A DNA stretch of 64,000 bases from positions 103,274 to 167,273 of the forward strand of contig JBAZQX010000001.1 in NCBI GenBank assembly GCA_041644975.1. Direction: 5' to 3'. This stretch comes from Candidatus Doudnabacteria bacterium. GTDB lineage: Bacteria; Patescibacteriota; JAQUNI01. Positions 18,922 through 27,667 of this stretch are shown one piece after another; the first letter of the stretch is position 1; each line of letters starts with the position of its first letter. Under the pieces are notes generated by a model. That model made no database searches. It was not told where the DNA came from and worked only from the letters and a program-made list of their open reading frames with translations. The translations under genes and the position numbers were made by a program.

Positions 18922-19096
18922 TTGGATTAACCCTGCCCTCCTTTTCGGGGGTTATCTTTCTTCTATTATTTTAACAAAGAATTTATTAAAATACAATTCG
19001 CCAAGATTTTTTTTATTTCCCCCCCCGAAGGAATCCCTTTGGGATATTTTTCTCCAAAGAAAAGCTTTCAGCTTCTTTTTTTTGGGGGGGTTCAAG

Positions 19097-20392
19097 TTAT
19101 CTCCCAATCCCTACATATTTAAATCCCATTTCTCTGATCTTGGCAGGTTCAAGGATGTTACGCGCATCCATAATATTAGGAGTTCTCATTAATCTTTTGA
19201 TTTTTGTCCAACTCAAATTTTTAAATTCCGGGCAATCGGTGGCGATGAGCAGGACATCACTTCCTTTAGCGCAAAGGTAAGGATCACCCGCGTAGCTAAT
19301 TTTTTTACCAAGCACCTTGCGGGCGTTGTTCGCGGCGATAGGATCATAAGCTTTGATTTTAGCCCCGCGTTTTTGAAGCAGAGTAATAATGTCAATAGCA
19401 GGTGATTCGCGCACATCATCAGTATGGGATTTGAAGGCGAGACCTAACACCGCGATTTTTTTGTCTTGGAGTTTACCGTCCAAGATATTTTTGATCTTAG
19501 CCACAACAATTTCCCTTTGGTGTTGATTAATTTGCATTACTGCCTCCAGAAGATTAAACCAGTAACCGCCGGCGCGGGCAAAATAATAAAGAGCAGAGAC
19601 ATCCTTCGGGAAGCAGGAACCGCCATAGCCAGGACCCGGGTCTAAAAATTTGTCTCCGATGCGGGAATCTAGACCGATACCCTTTGCCACCATTTTCACA
19701 TCCGCTTCGTAATTATCGCAAATATTGGCAATTTCGTTAATAAAAGAGATTTTGAGAGCGAGAAATGAATTGGCGGCATATTTAATCATTTCCGCCGATT
19801 CTAGATTGGTAATAACAAGCGGCGCTTTAAATGGGGCATATAGTTTTTTCATTATTTCTATGGCGGGGGCGTTCGGTTTTTCAAATCCTAAAACAATGCG
19901 ATCGGGATGGAGAAAATCAGAAATAGCGGTCCCTTCTCTCTGAAATTCAGGATTGGAAACAACATCAAATTTTCCTTTGTAACCTTTCGCGACCATTTCC
20001 CTCACCATCTTTCCTGTGCCGATCGGCACGGTGCTTTTGTCCACAATTACTTTGTAGTCTTTTAGGTTCTTTCCTAAATCGCGCGCGACTTGCAGGACAT
20101 ACCGAAGATCCGCTTTGCCGTTTTTATCTTGAGGGGTGCCGACAGCGATGAAAACTATGCTTGCGTCTTTAATGCCTTCGGATAAAGAAGTGGTAAAATT
20201 GATTCTGCCGCTATTTAAGTTTTTTTTGAGCATTTCTGGCAGATGTTCTTCATAGATGGTGGGGATCCCCTTTTTGAGTTTGGTGATCTTGGCCTTGTCA
20301 ACATCTACGCAGGTTACTTTGTGACCTAAGTCAGCGAAACAAACCCCTACGCCTAAGCCGACGTAACCAGTACCAATAACAGCGAGTTTCAT
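19097..20392 (-). CDS. ugd: UDP-glucose 6-dehydrogenase
   Basis: MKLAVIGTGYVGLGVGVCFADLGH, GGSCFPKD catalytic Cys; 431 aa. It supplies UDP-glucuronate to the UXS at 10179. Confidence 0.85.
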   Translation of the reverse strand: MKLAVIGTGYVGLGVGVCFADLGHKVTCVDVDKAKITKLKKGIPTIYEEHLPEMLKKNLNSGRINFTTSLSEGIKDASIVFIAVGTPQDKNGKADLRYVLQVARDLGKNLKDYKVIVDKSTVPIGTGKMVREMVAKGYKGKFDVVSNPEFQREGTAISDFLHPDRIVLGFEKPNAPAIEIMKKLYAPFKAPLVITNLESAEMIKYAANSFLALKISFINEIANICDNYEADVKMVAKGIGLDSRIGDKFLDPGPGYGGSCFPKDVSALYYFARAGGYWFNLLEAVMQINQHQREIVVAKIKNILDGKLQDKKIAVLGLAFKSHTDDVRESPAIDIITLLQKRGAKIKAYDPIAANNARKVLGKKISYAGDPYLCAKGSDVLLIATDCPEFKNLSWTKIKRLMRTPNIMDARNILEPAKIREMGFKYVGIGR

Positions 20393-20532
20393 AGTGATGA
20401 GATAATTTTAAATTTTAAGTTCTAAATTTTAAAACATTTTCTTTTTGTTTTAAAACTTGAAATTAAGGTTTTAAAATTGATTAAAAACCGAAGGTGGTGA
20501 GCCGTAGGCGAACCATTAAAAATTGAAAATTG

Positions 20533-21426
20533 TTATTTTGACTCATTTAATGCCTTATCCCTAACTAAAGTGGTTGCTCTATATAAGGTTTCCGGGATAC
20601 CAGCATCAGTCCACCAGCCACGCAGTATTTCGTATTCCATCGTCCCTTCTTTGATGTATTGATTATTCACATCCGTGATTTCAAGCTCTCCCCTGTCGGA
20701 AGGTTTTAAGGTTTTAATTATTTCATAGACGTAGTTGTCGTACATATAAATACCAGTTACCGCCAGATTTGATTTTGGTATTTTAGGTTTTTCCTCAATG
20801 CTAATAATTTTGCCATTTTTGATTTCAGCCACACCAAAACGGTTAGCATCAGGCACTTTTTTCAAAAAAATCCTTGCTCCTTTTTTTTGATTGCGGAAAT
20901 TTTTTACCGCCGGACCAATATTGTCTTCAAAAATATTGTCACCTAAAATCACAACAACCTTTTGGTTATCGGCGAAATCTTGAGCCAAACCTAAAGCTTC
21001 AGCAATGCCTCCCGCCCCTTCTTGATAAGCGTATCTTAATTCGCGCAGGCCGAATTCTTTGCCATTGCCTAAAAGACGCAAAAAGTCGCCTGGACTATTG
21101 CCGCCCGTGACAATCATTACTTCTTTGATTCCCGCATTCACTAAAGTCTGCAAAGGATAATAGATCATCGGTTTGTTGTAGACAGGGAGGAGATGTTTAT
21201 TGGTCACCTTGGTGGCAGGCAGAAGCCTTGTGCCTGTGCCGCCAGCTAAAATAATCCCCTTAACATCTGTTTCTGTCGCGCGTTCCTTTTTTTGCGACCT
21301 TAATCTTTCATATTCCTCAATATCCATCACTACCGTTCGGGGATTTCCTTCCTCAATGATGATGTGAGTTTTACTGGTTGCACGAGTGAGAGTCGCTATT
21401 TTTTGTGAATTTTCTTTGTTAAGCAT
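20533..21426 (-). CDS. rfbA: Glucose-1-phosphate thymidylyltransferase (RmlA) with an N-terminal ~55-aa Phd/YefM-like extension
   Basis: GIILAGGTGTRLLPATKVTNKHLLPVYNKPMIYYPL is canonical RmlA. It is preceded in frame by ...HIIIEEGNPRTVVMDIEEYERL, which resembles the Phd/YefM antitoxin fold. No alternative start codon lies near the RmlA core. Confidence 0.8.
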   Translation of the reverse strand: MLNKENSQKIATLTRATSKTHIIIEEGNPRTVVMDIEEYERLRSQKKERATETDVKGIILAGGTGTRLLPATKVTNKHLLPVYNKPMIYYPLQTLVNAGIKEVMIVTGGNSPGDFLRLLGNGKEFGLRELRYAYQEGAGGIAEALGLAQDFADNQKVVVILGDNIFEDNIGPAVKNFRNQKKGARIFLKKVPDANRFGVAEIKNGKIISIEEKPKIPKSNLAVTGIYMYDNYVYEIIKTLKPSDRGELEITDVNNQYIKEGTMEYEILRGWWTDAGIPETLYRATTLVRDKALNESK

Positions 21427-21433
21427 AAATTTT

Positions 21434-21504
21434 AGTAATCAGTAATCAGTAATTAGTAATTAGGGAATCTATCCTTTTACTGATTACCAATTACTAATTA
21501 CCGA
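21434..21504. repeat. Inverted array of GTAATYA heptads (4 left, 5 right, inverted) in the rmlD-rmlA spacer
   Basis: agtaatc agtaatc agtaatt agtaatt ...16 bp... tactgat taccaat tactaat taccgat cacgaat. Confidence 0.6.
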
Positions 21505-22902
21505 TCACGAATTTAAGTATTCTTCCAATGTTTCTTCCCAATGCCTTAAGCGAGGCAACTTCGTGTTTAATAGAATTGAATACATTGGCCTTTTGGCGCG
21601 GGAGCGATATTCTTGACTGGAAATCGGTTTCATTTTTGCCTTAATTCCCTTAAAGAGAAGAATTTTACGCGCGAATTGATACCAGTTGGTTTTACCTTCA
21701 TTAGTAATATGATAAACACCAAAAGGTTTTTCCTGCTCTAGAATTTGACGGGTCGCGCGGGCCAAGTCGCGGGTATAGGTCGGTTTTCCCCATTGATCAT
21801 TAACGACCGTAAGTGTAGCATTGCTCTGCGCTTTCTGCAATATTTTGTCTATAAAATTAATTCCTTCCTTCCCAAACAGCCAAGAACTACGGATGAGATA
21901 ATATTGCTCACAATGGCGGCGCAAGAGGGCTTCTCCTAAAAATTTAGATTTTCCATAGACGTTGATTGGATTGGGCTGGATAGTTTCTTTATATCCTTTA
22001 CGATTTTTTCCTTCAAAAACATAATCCGTGGAATAATGAACTAAAATAGCATTAAGCTTTTTTGCAATCTGCGCAAGATATCCGACAGCCTTGCCATTCA
22101 CTTTTAGGGCTTGCTCTTGGTTTTCCTCCGCTTCTTCAACATTAGTGTAAGCGGCGGCGTTAATGATAATGTCTGGTTTCAGACGAGAAATTTTGTTTCG
22201 CAGAGCCTTTCTTTCGGTAATGTCCACATTATTTTTATCCCAAGAAGTAAGCTCGCAATCTTGAAACTCTTGAACTAGGGCTCTGCCTAGCATGCCCTTG
22301 CTTCCCAAGATCAAGATTTTTTTTCCGAAATTTTCTAATAGTTTATTGCGGCTGCGGATAAGATCAGGATGGATTTTCATTCCCCTTTGTACAAATTCTT
22401 TGATATCTTCATTATAAGTATAGAGAAGAGCGCGATCTAAGGATTTTCGGGCGAGAGACAGGACTTCTTTTAATTCTACTCCCCCTTTGGGCGCTGGCGC
22501 GGCTACATCCGCAAGATAAATAATCTTGTCCAAAATATCCATATTTATTTTAGGAACACAGTGTCTTTCTATCGCCTGGAGGATTGTTCTGTCCCGGACA
22601 TTGAATTCTTGTTGAGCCAATTTCGCGCCCACCGCGGCATGTAAAAGCAAAATGTGTTTTTTGGTAAAAATGTCTATCTTAATGCGGTACTTTTTGGCGA
22701 GTAGAATCCAAGTTTCTTCGGGCAAATCGCGCGCCATATCATGAATTAGACCAGTAAAATAGGCTTTTGCAGGATTCACACCGCCGATGATCTTTGCTAT
22801 TTTTTCCGCCGTTTTTGCCACGGCTAGACTATGAAAAAATCTATCCTCCGATAGACTCTTCTTTAGGTAGGCGGTAATTTTTTTTAGATCAGGGTTATTC
22901 AT
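21505..22902 (-). CDS. rfbD: Fusion protein: YqeK-type HD-domain hydrolase (N-terminal ~190 aa) plus dTDP-4-dehydrorhamnose reductase RmlD (C-terminal)
   Basis: N-terminal HSLAVAKTAEKIA...GLIHDMAR...LLLHAAVGAKLAQ...YLADV matches YqeK. The C-terminal KILILGSKGMLG...YSTDYVF...VYGKSK...SWLFG matches RmlD. It is one continuous ORF. Confidence 0.8.
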   Translation of the reverse strand: MNNPDLKKITAYLKKSLSEDRFFHSLAVAKTAEKIAKIIGGVNPAKAYFTGLIHDMARDLPEETWILLAKKYRIKIDIFTKKHILLLHAAVGAKLAQQEFNVRDRTILQAIERHCVPKINMDILDKIIYLADVAAPAPKGGVELKEVLSLARKSLDRALLYTYNEDIKEFVQRGMKIHPDLIRSRNKLLENFGKKILILGSKGMLGRALVQEFQDCELTSWDKNNVDITERKALRNKISRLKPDIIINAAAYTNVEEAEENQEQALKVNGKAVGYLAQIAKKLNAILVHYSTDYVFEGKNRKGYKETIQPNPINVYGKSKFLGEALLRRHCEQYYLIRSSWLFGKEGINFIDKILQKAQSNATLTVVNDQWGKPTYTRDLARATRQILEQEKPFGVYHITNEGKTNWYQFARKILLFKGIKAKMKPISSQEYRSRAKRPMYSILLNTKLPRLRHWEETLEEYLNS

Positions 22903-22904
22903 AA

Positions 22905-23012
22905 TAAAATTTTATTTACCCCGTTAGAGAAAGCCCCCGACGAAGTCGGTGGTGGGAAAAATATAGACGCTGACCCCGTTAGAAATAAATTTCTAAACGG
23001 GGCTAACGGGGT
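22905..23012 (-). terminator. Hairpin pair including ccccgttagaaat...atttctaaacgggg after rmlB
   Basis: A perfect 13-bp inverted repeat followed by a T-rich stretch on the minus strand. The same CCCCGTTAGAAAT stem recurs at 24009 and 40991. Confidence 0.45.
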
Positions 23013-24008
23013 TTACCTTTTACCGTATTGTCTTTTGTAATACTTAAAGTATTCTCCTGACTTAATTTTTTTCCACCACCCTTCATTATTTTTATACCAT
23101 TCTATAGTGCGTTTCATTGCTTTTTGAAATTGATACTGCGGTTTCCAGCCTAAACGGCGGATTTTGCTTGAATTTAGGGCGTAGCGTCTGTCGTGACCGG
23201 GACGGTCCTTGACATATTCAATCATTTTTTCGTCCCTGCCTAGGGTTTTCAGGATTAACTTAGTAATCTCAAAATTCGTTCTCGGATTATCGCCGCCGAT
23301 ATTATAAATTTCACCTATCTTGCCTTTATGGAACACCAGATCAAGAGCCGTACAATTATCTTCCACATAAATCCAGTCGCGCACATTTTTCCCGTCGCCG
23401 TAGAGGGGAACCTTCTTTCCTTCTAAAATGTTTGTTACAAAGAGAGGGATCAGTTTTTCCGGATATTGGTAAGGCCCAAAATTATTAGAGCTCCGCGTAA
23501 TTAATACGGGGAGGTTAAATGTGCGGTGATAAGCGCGGACCATTAAGTCTCCGCCGGCTTTAGAGGCTGAATAAGGATTGTTTGGCGCTAAAGATGATTT
23601 TTCATTCGCTTTGCCGCTGGCGAGGCTGCCGTAAACTTCATCAGTAGAAATTTGGAGATACCTTTTAATCTTGAATTCCTTCACTGCTTCCAGAAGATTT
23701 TTAGTGCCCAGAATATCGGTACGGATAAAATCATCAGCGCCCATAATAGAGCGGTCTACGTGCGTCTCGGCAGCGAAATTGAAAATCCCATCCACATCTT
23801 TCGCCATTTTTTTTACCAGTTTAGCATCAGTAATATCGCCCTTCACGAATTTGTAGCGAGAGGTTTTGATGTCTTTTAAATTATCTAAGTTGCCGCAATA
23901 GGTTAACTTATCTAGGTTAATAATTCGGTAACGGGGATATTTTTTGAGGAGGTAGCGGATAAAGTTGCTGCCGATAAACCCCGCACCACCGGTGATTAGT
24001 AACTTCAT
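23013..24008 (-). CDS. rfbB: dTDP-glucose 4,6-dehydratase
   Basis: MKLLITGGAGFIGSNFIRYLL, YSASKAGGD catalytic YxxxK and an RmlB C-terminal region. Likely start at MKLLITGG (24008) rather than the 24041 ATG. Confidence 0.9.
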   Translation of the reverse strand: MKLLITGGAGFIGSNFIRYLLKKYPRYRIINLDKLTYCGNLDNLKDIKTSRYKFVKGDITDAKLVKKMAKDVDGIFNFAAETHVDRSIMGADDFIRTDILGTKNLLEAVKEFKIKRYLQISTDEVYGSLASGKANEKSSLAPNNPYSASKAGGDLMVRAYHRTFNLPVLITRSSNNFGPYQYPEKLIPLFVTNILEGKKVPLYGDGKNVRDWIYVEDNCTALDLVFHKGKIGEIYNIGGDNPRTNFEITKLILKTLGRDEKMIEYVKDRPGHDRRYALNSSKIRRLGWKPQYQFQKAMKRTIEWYKNNEGWWKKIKSGEYFKYYKRQYGKR

Positions 24009-24094
24009 CCCGTTAGAAATAAAATTATTTTTTCTTGGCATATATTTTTTGTATGTCCATCATTTTCCCCGCGGAAATTGTATTTCTAACGGGG
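24009..24094 (-). promoter_or_regulatory. Large stem-loop (cccgttagaaat ...55 nt... atttctaacgggg) that abuts the rmlB start codon
   Basis: An inverted repeat read from the sequence. It could be the terminator of the upstream NUDIX gene and/or a 5'-leader structure. Confidence 0.35.
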
Positions 24095-24664
24095 TAATGA
24101 TTTTTTATAGAGATCATATTTATAGAGACTGGCTAAGATGGAAGCGCCTAGAATTTGATTCTTTAAAATCATTTTTTCGATTTCCGCGGAGGTGAACTTT
24201 TGCACCTTATCTATTTCCGCGGGATCAGGCTTTTTGTTGATGGGAGACATATCTTCCGCAAGGTAGATCCAAAAATGCTGGGGATAAGCGGTGGGGGTAA
24301 CAAATTCCGTGCCGATTTTAGTCCATTTTTTGGCGTTAAGGCAGGCTTCTTCCGCCAATTCCCTTTTTGCCGCGGCAAGGTAGCTTTCTTTGTCCTCTTT
24401 GCGGCCCATCGGAATTTCCCATGTATATCTTTTCAGGGTGTAGCGATATTGGCGCACGAAATAGATATTGCCTTTTATATCCCTAGGAATGATCGCTATA
24501 AAAGGTTTTTTCCTAATATAATAATAGTTTACCTTTTTCCCCAACTGATTGATTACTTTATCTTTAAAAAGGTCAAGGTATTGGCAACTGTAAATTTTAT
24601 GAGAAGATATCTTCCGCCAGCGGGTTGTTCTTATATTTTTAGATGTGTGCTGTGTCTTGCTCAT
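24086..24664 (-). CDS. NUDIX hydrolase (ADP-ribose pyrophosphatase-like)
   Basis: Nudix box GRKEDKESYLAAAKRELAEEACL. Confidence 0.7.
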   Translation of the reverse strand: MSKTQHTSKNIRTTRWRKISSHKIYSCQYLDLFKDKVINQLGKKVNYYYIRKKPFIAIIPRDIKGNIYFVRQYRYTLKRYTWEIPMGRKEDKESYLAAAKRELAEEACLNAKKWTKIGTEFVTPTAYPQHFWIYLAEDMSPINKKPDPAEIDKVQKFTSAEIEKMILKNQILGASILASLYKYDLYKKSLPR

Positions 24665-24702
24665 CTATTTAAGTTTATCAGGAAAAGTCCTAAAAGGGCA
24701 AG

Positions 24703-25158
24703 TTATCCCATCTTAATTCCCCAGTCGTAAGGAATCAATTCGGTATTATATGGTAAGCGGTATTCATCGGGTTTTTGCGGATTATAAGGATGGGTTGGAA
24801 CATTGATGATGAGCGCTTCTTTGTCGGAAATGCATTTCCAGCCATGATAAATCTCCTTGGGAACTTGGATTAAAACTGGGTTATGCTCACCAATAAAGAA
24901 TTCGTTCACTTCGCCCAAGGTCGGAGAATTTAAACGACCATCATAGAGAACAAGTTTAATCATTCCTTGAATACAACAAATGTAATCGGTTTGAATTTTA
25001 TGTAAATGCCAAGCCTTCACAACCTGCGGGTAGGTGGTAGTGAGATAGACTTGTCCGAAATTTTGGTAAAAGTCGTCGTCTTGGCGTAAAATTTCTATTA
25101 CTCTACCGCGCTCGTCGGGATGGACATTTAATTTTTTGATTTGGACATTAGAAATCAT
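24703..25158 (-). CDS. rfbC: dTDP-4-dehydrorhamnose 3,5-epimerase-like cupin (RmlC family, short form)
   Basis: HPDERGRVIE...WHLHK...IPKEIYHGW...YNP..DE..LPYN matches the RmlC pattern. It completes the rmlABCD set. Confidence 0.6.
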   Translation of the reverse strand: MISNVQIKKLNVHPDERGRVIEILRQDDDFYQNFGQVYLTTTYPQVVKAWHLHKIQTDYICCIQGMIKLVLYDGRLNSPTLGEVNEFFIGEHNPVLIQVPKEIYHGWKCISDKEALIINVPTHPYNPQKPDEYRLPYNTELIPYDWGIKMG

Positions 25159-25167
25159 AAATTGAAT

Positions 25168-26352
25168 TTATTTTGGATTAAGATATGCGGGATGAGTTTT
25201 CGCGATCCCCAGAAGGGAGCTTTTCACCCTCACTGGATTTTTTGTTTTAAGCATTTCATAAAGGGATAAAGTTTGATGCGTGATTTTTTGCCAGTTATAG
25301 AATTTTTTAACCCTTTCTCGCGCCATGTGTCCATTCTTTAAAACTAGTTCCGGATGATCATTCAAAAATAGAAGTTTTTGAGTAAGATCAACAAAACTTT
25401 TTGATTTAAAGGTGTAGCCCGTTTCTCCAATCGCCTCTTGGTTTTCCGGGATGTCGGAGACTAAAACACAACGACCAGATCCCATTGCCTCCAGAAGACT
25501 AATGGATAATCCTTCCACTTCCGAAGGTAAAACATAAAAATAGGCATTAGAAAGGAGTTCTATTAGGATTTTTCCCTGTTGGTGGCCTAGAAAAATGATA
25601 TTAGGATTATTTTGGGCTAACTCTTTGAGATAATCAAGATAGTTTTGGTTTTCTTGGGGGCTATCTCCCACAATCACCAGCTTTTTATTCAAATTCAAAC
25701 TTTGGAAAGCGCGAATAAGATAATGAGTACCTTTTAAGGGGATGAGGCGAGAAACCGAAAGAATATAGCTATCTTCCGTTAGTCCCCATTTTTTTATTCG
25801 TTGCGCTTTTTGTGAAGGGAAAAGAGGTGCGCCATTAGGGATATAAAATATGTGAGCGGCCGGATACTTTCGGCGGCAGTAAGAATACAGATTTTTTGAG
25901 ACCGTAATCGTAGCATGAGGAAATTTTACCGTGGTCCATTCTCCTAGAGCAAGAAAAAGGCGGGCAATATATCCCCATTTTTCATTGAAGCGGTCGCGTG
26001 AATGAAAGGTGGAGATGACTTTAGTCTTTCTTTTTAAAAGCCGGGGCAGGAAAGCGAGGAGCGAGGGTCCAACTGAATGAATATGAATAATATCCACCTT
26101 TTGGAATAAGACATGAATTAAGGAGGTTAGAGTGTGCGTAATCGCGGCTAAATTTTTTGTGGGGATATAAGGGGTGTAAATAATTCGTACCCCTTTATAT
26201 CGCCTAACGCGGCTTTGTGTGTAATGGCGGCGGGAGTAAATCAAAACTTCGTGCCCTGCTTTTACCAAGCGGACAGCCAGTTCTTCGGTATGTCTCTCCA
26301 CCCCGCCATCGCGGCAGGGAATGCCTTTGGAGCCGATAATTGCTATTTTCAT
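25168..26352 (-). CDS. GT4 (GT-B fold) glycosyltransferase
   Basis: MKIAIIGSKGIPCRDGGVERH N-terminus and a C-terminal E-x7-E-like region. Likely start at 26352. Confidence 0.75.
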   Translation of the reverse strand: MKIAIIGSKGIPCRDGGVERHTEELAVRLVKAGHEVLIYSRRHYTQSRVRRYKGVRIIYTPYIPTKNLAAITHTLTSLIHVLFQKVDIIHIHSVGPSLLAFLPRLLKRKTKVISTFHSRDRFNEKWGYIARLFLALGEWTTVKFPHATITVSKNLYSYCRRKYPAAHIFYIPNGAPLFPSQKAQRIKKWGLTEDSYILSVSRLIPLKGTHYLIRAFQSLNLNKKLVIVGDSPQENQNYLDYLKELAQNNPNIIFLGHQQGKILIELLSNAYFYVLPSEVEGLSISLLEAMGSGRCVLVSDIPENQEAIGETGYTFKSKSFVDLTQKLLFLNDHPELVLKNGHMARERVKKFYNWQKITHQTLSLYEMLKTKNPVRVKSSLLGIAKTHPAYLNPK

Positions 26353-26420
26353 TATTTTGAAATTTATAGTGGAAGAATTACTATACATCTTAAATCATTA
26401 TAAGTCAAGAGCTTTTGATT

Positions 26421-27635
26421 CTAATACCCTTGGCGCGCAAATTGATAAATCTTCATCAGGTTTTGATAATAAACTTCTGGATTGTAGCGCCTAATTTCCC
26501 GTCTTGCCCTTCGACCGATTTTTTGCGTAGTTTCGCGGTTTTGATAAAGGGATTGGATTTTTTTCGCGAGTTCCGCGGCATTTTGGAAAAAGAAACCAGT
26601 ATTCCCTTCACGGATGATTTCTTGAAGACCGCCCTTTTTGCTTGCGAGCACTACTTTACCTAAATTAAAAGATTCTAGGACGACTAATCCAAAGACCTCC
26701 TGCCAACTACTCGGAACAACTACAAAGCGGGATTTCTGGATGATCTTTTTGAGTTCGTCCCCTTGTTTGTAACCCAGAAATTGAACATTGGAAATATGAT
26801 TTTTCTGGACATAATCTTCCAATTTTTCTTTTTCGGGACCCTCCCCGACTATTTTTAATTTGATTTCTGGCAGTTTTCGCATCACGGAGATTAAAAGATC
26901 CAAGCCTTTTTCGGGCGAGAGGCGGCCAAAAAATAAAATATAATCTTTTTCCTCTAACGGGGTAATGTATTCTTCCTTTATAAAATAAGGCAGGGTTACT
27001 AATTTTGCTTGCGGCAAGCCCCATGCTGTAAGTTTTTGGCGCATAAACTTGCTCGGACAGATGAAAATGTTAACATAACGCTCATAAAAACGGAAGGCTT
27101 TATGAAAGTACATTTCCAGAGTGTTAGCAAGAGAAGCAAGATAAGAATCCTTCACACATTTATTGAAAAAACATTGATAATATTTTCTCTTTCTACATTT
27201 TTCGCACACTTTATTATGCTGAAAAAGCTGGTAGTTTGGACAAATAAGTTTGTAGTCATTCACTGTCATTACTATAGGGATTTTATGCTTTTTTAAAACC
27301 CCTAAAATAGAAGGTGAAATTTGATGATAGATATTATGAATATGAGCGATCTCTGGTTTTTCTTTTTGAATCAAAGCCCGAATTTTTCTTTTCGCCTCCA
27401 GGGAATAAAAGATACGGCCCAGGGCGAAGAGAGCCTTGAAGGAGAATTTGGGGCGCGAGAGATCCACTTCGCTCACAAAATATTGCGCATAAGGAGAAGG
27501 GTTGTTTTTATCACTATGCATAGAGAAAGGAATCACTTTGTGGCCGTGCCTTTCTAATAATTTAGTTAAGTCAAAATAATGACGGTCTGCTCCGCCCTGA
27601 ATGTGGTAAAATTTGTTGATATTTAGGATTTTCAT
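26421..27635 (-). CDS. GT4 (GT-B fold) glycosyltransferase
   Basis: MKILNINKFYHIQGGADRHYFDL and VVPSSWQEVFGLVVLESFNLGKVVLASKKGG. Confidence 0.75.
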   Translation of the reverse strand: MKILNINKFYHIQGGADRHYFDLTKLLERHGHKVIPFSMHSDKNNPSPYAQYFVSEVDLSRPKFSFKALFALGRIFYSLEAKRKIRALIQKEKPEIAHIHNIYHQISPSILGVLKKHKIPIVMTVNDYKLICPNYQLFQHNKVCEKCRKRKYYQCFFNKCVKDSYLASLANTLEMYFHKAFRFYERYVNIFICPSKFMRQKLTAWGLPQAKLVTLPYFIKEEYITPLEEKDYILFFGRLSPEKGLDLLISVMRKLPEIKLKIVGEGPEKEKLEDYVQKNHISNVQFLGYKQGDELKKIIQKSRFVVVPSSWQEVFGLVVLESFNLGKVVLASKKGGLQEIIREGNTGFFFQNAAELAKKIQSLYQNRETTQKIGRRARREIRRYNPEVYYQNLMKIYQFARQGY

Positions 27636-27667
27636 TATTGTTTAATTGTTCAATTGCAAATTACGGA

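Noticed and set aside
20533-21426. Possibility that the Phd-like segment is a separate upstream antitoxin gene
   Set aside because: There is no stop codon between the segment and the RmlA core, no start codon (ATG, GTG or TTG) at the core, and no toxin partner gene. It is kept as a fusion finding instead.
21434-21504. Considered whether the heptad arrays are a degenerate CRISPR array
   Set aside because: Units are only 7 bp, are contiguous with no unique spacers, and the two halves are inverted rather than direct. No cas genes are present.
24200-24730. Plus-strand 176-aa ORF
   Set aside because: Antisense to the NUDIX gene (24086..24664), which has a clear Nudix box; low-complexity, Phe/Arg-rich translation.
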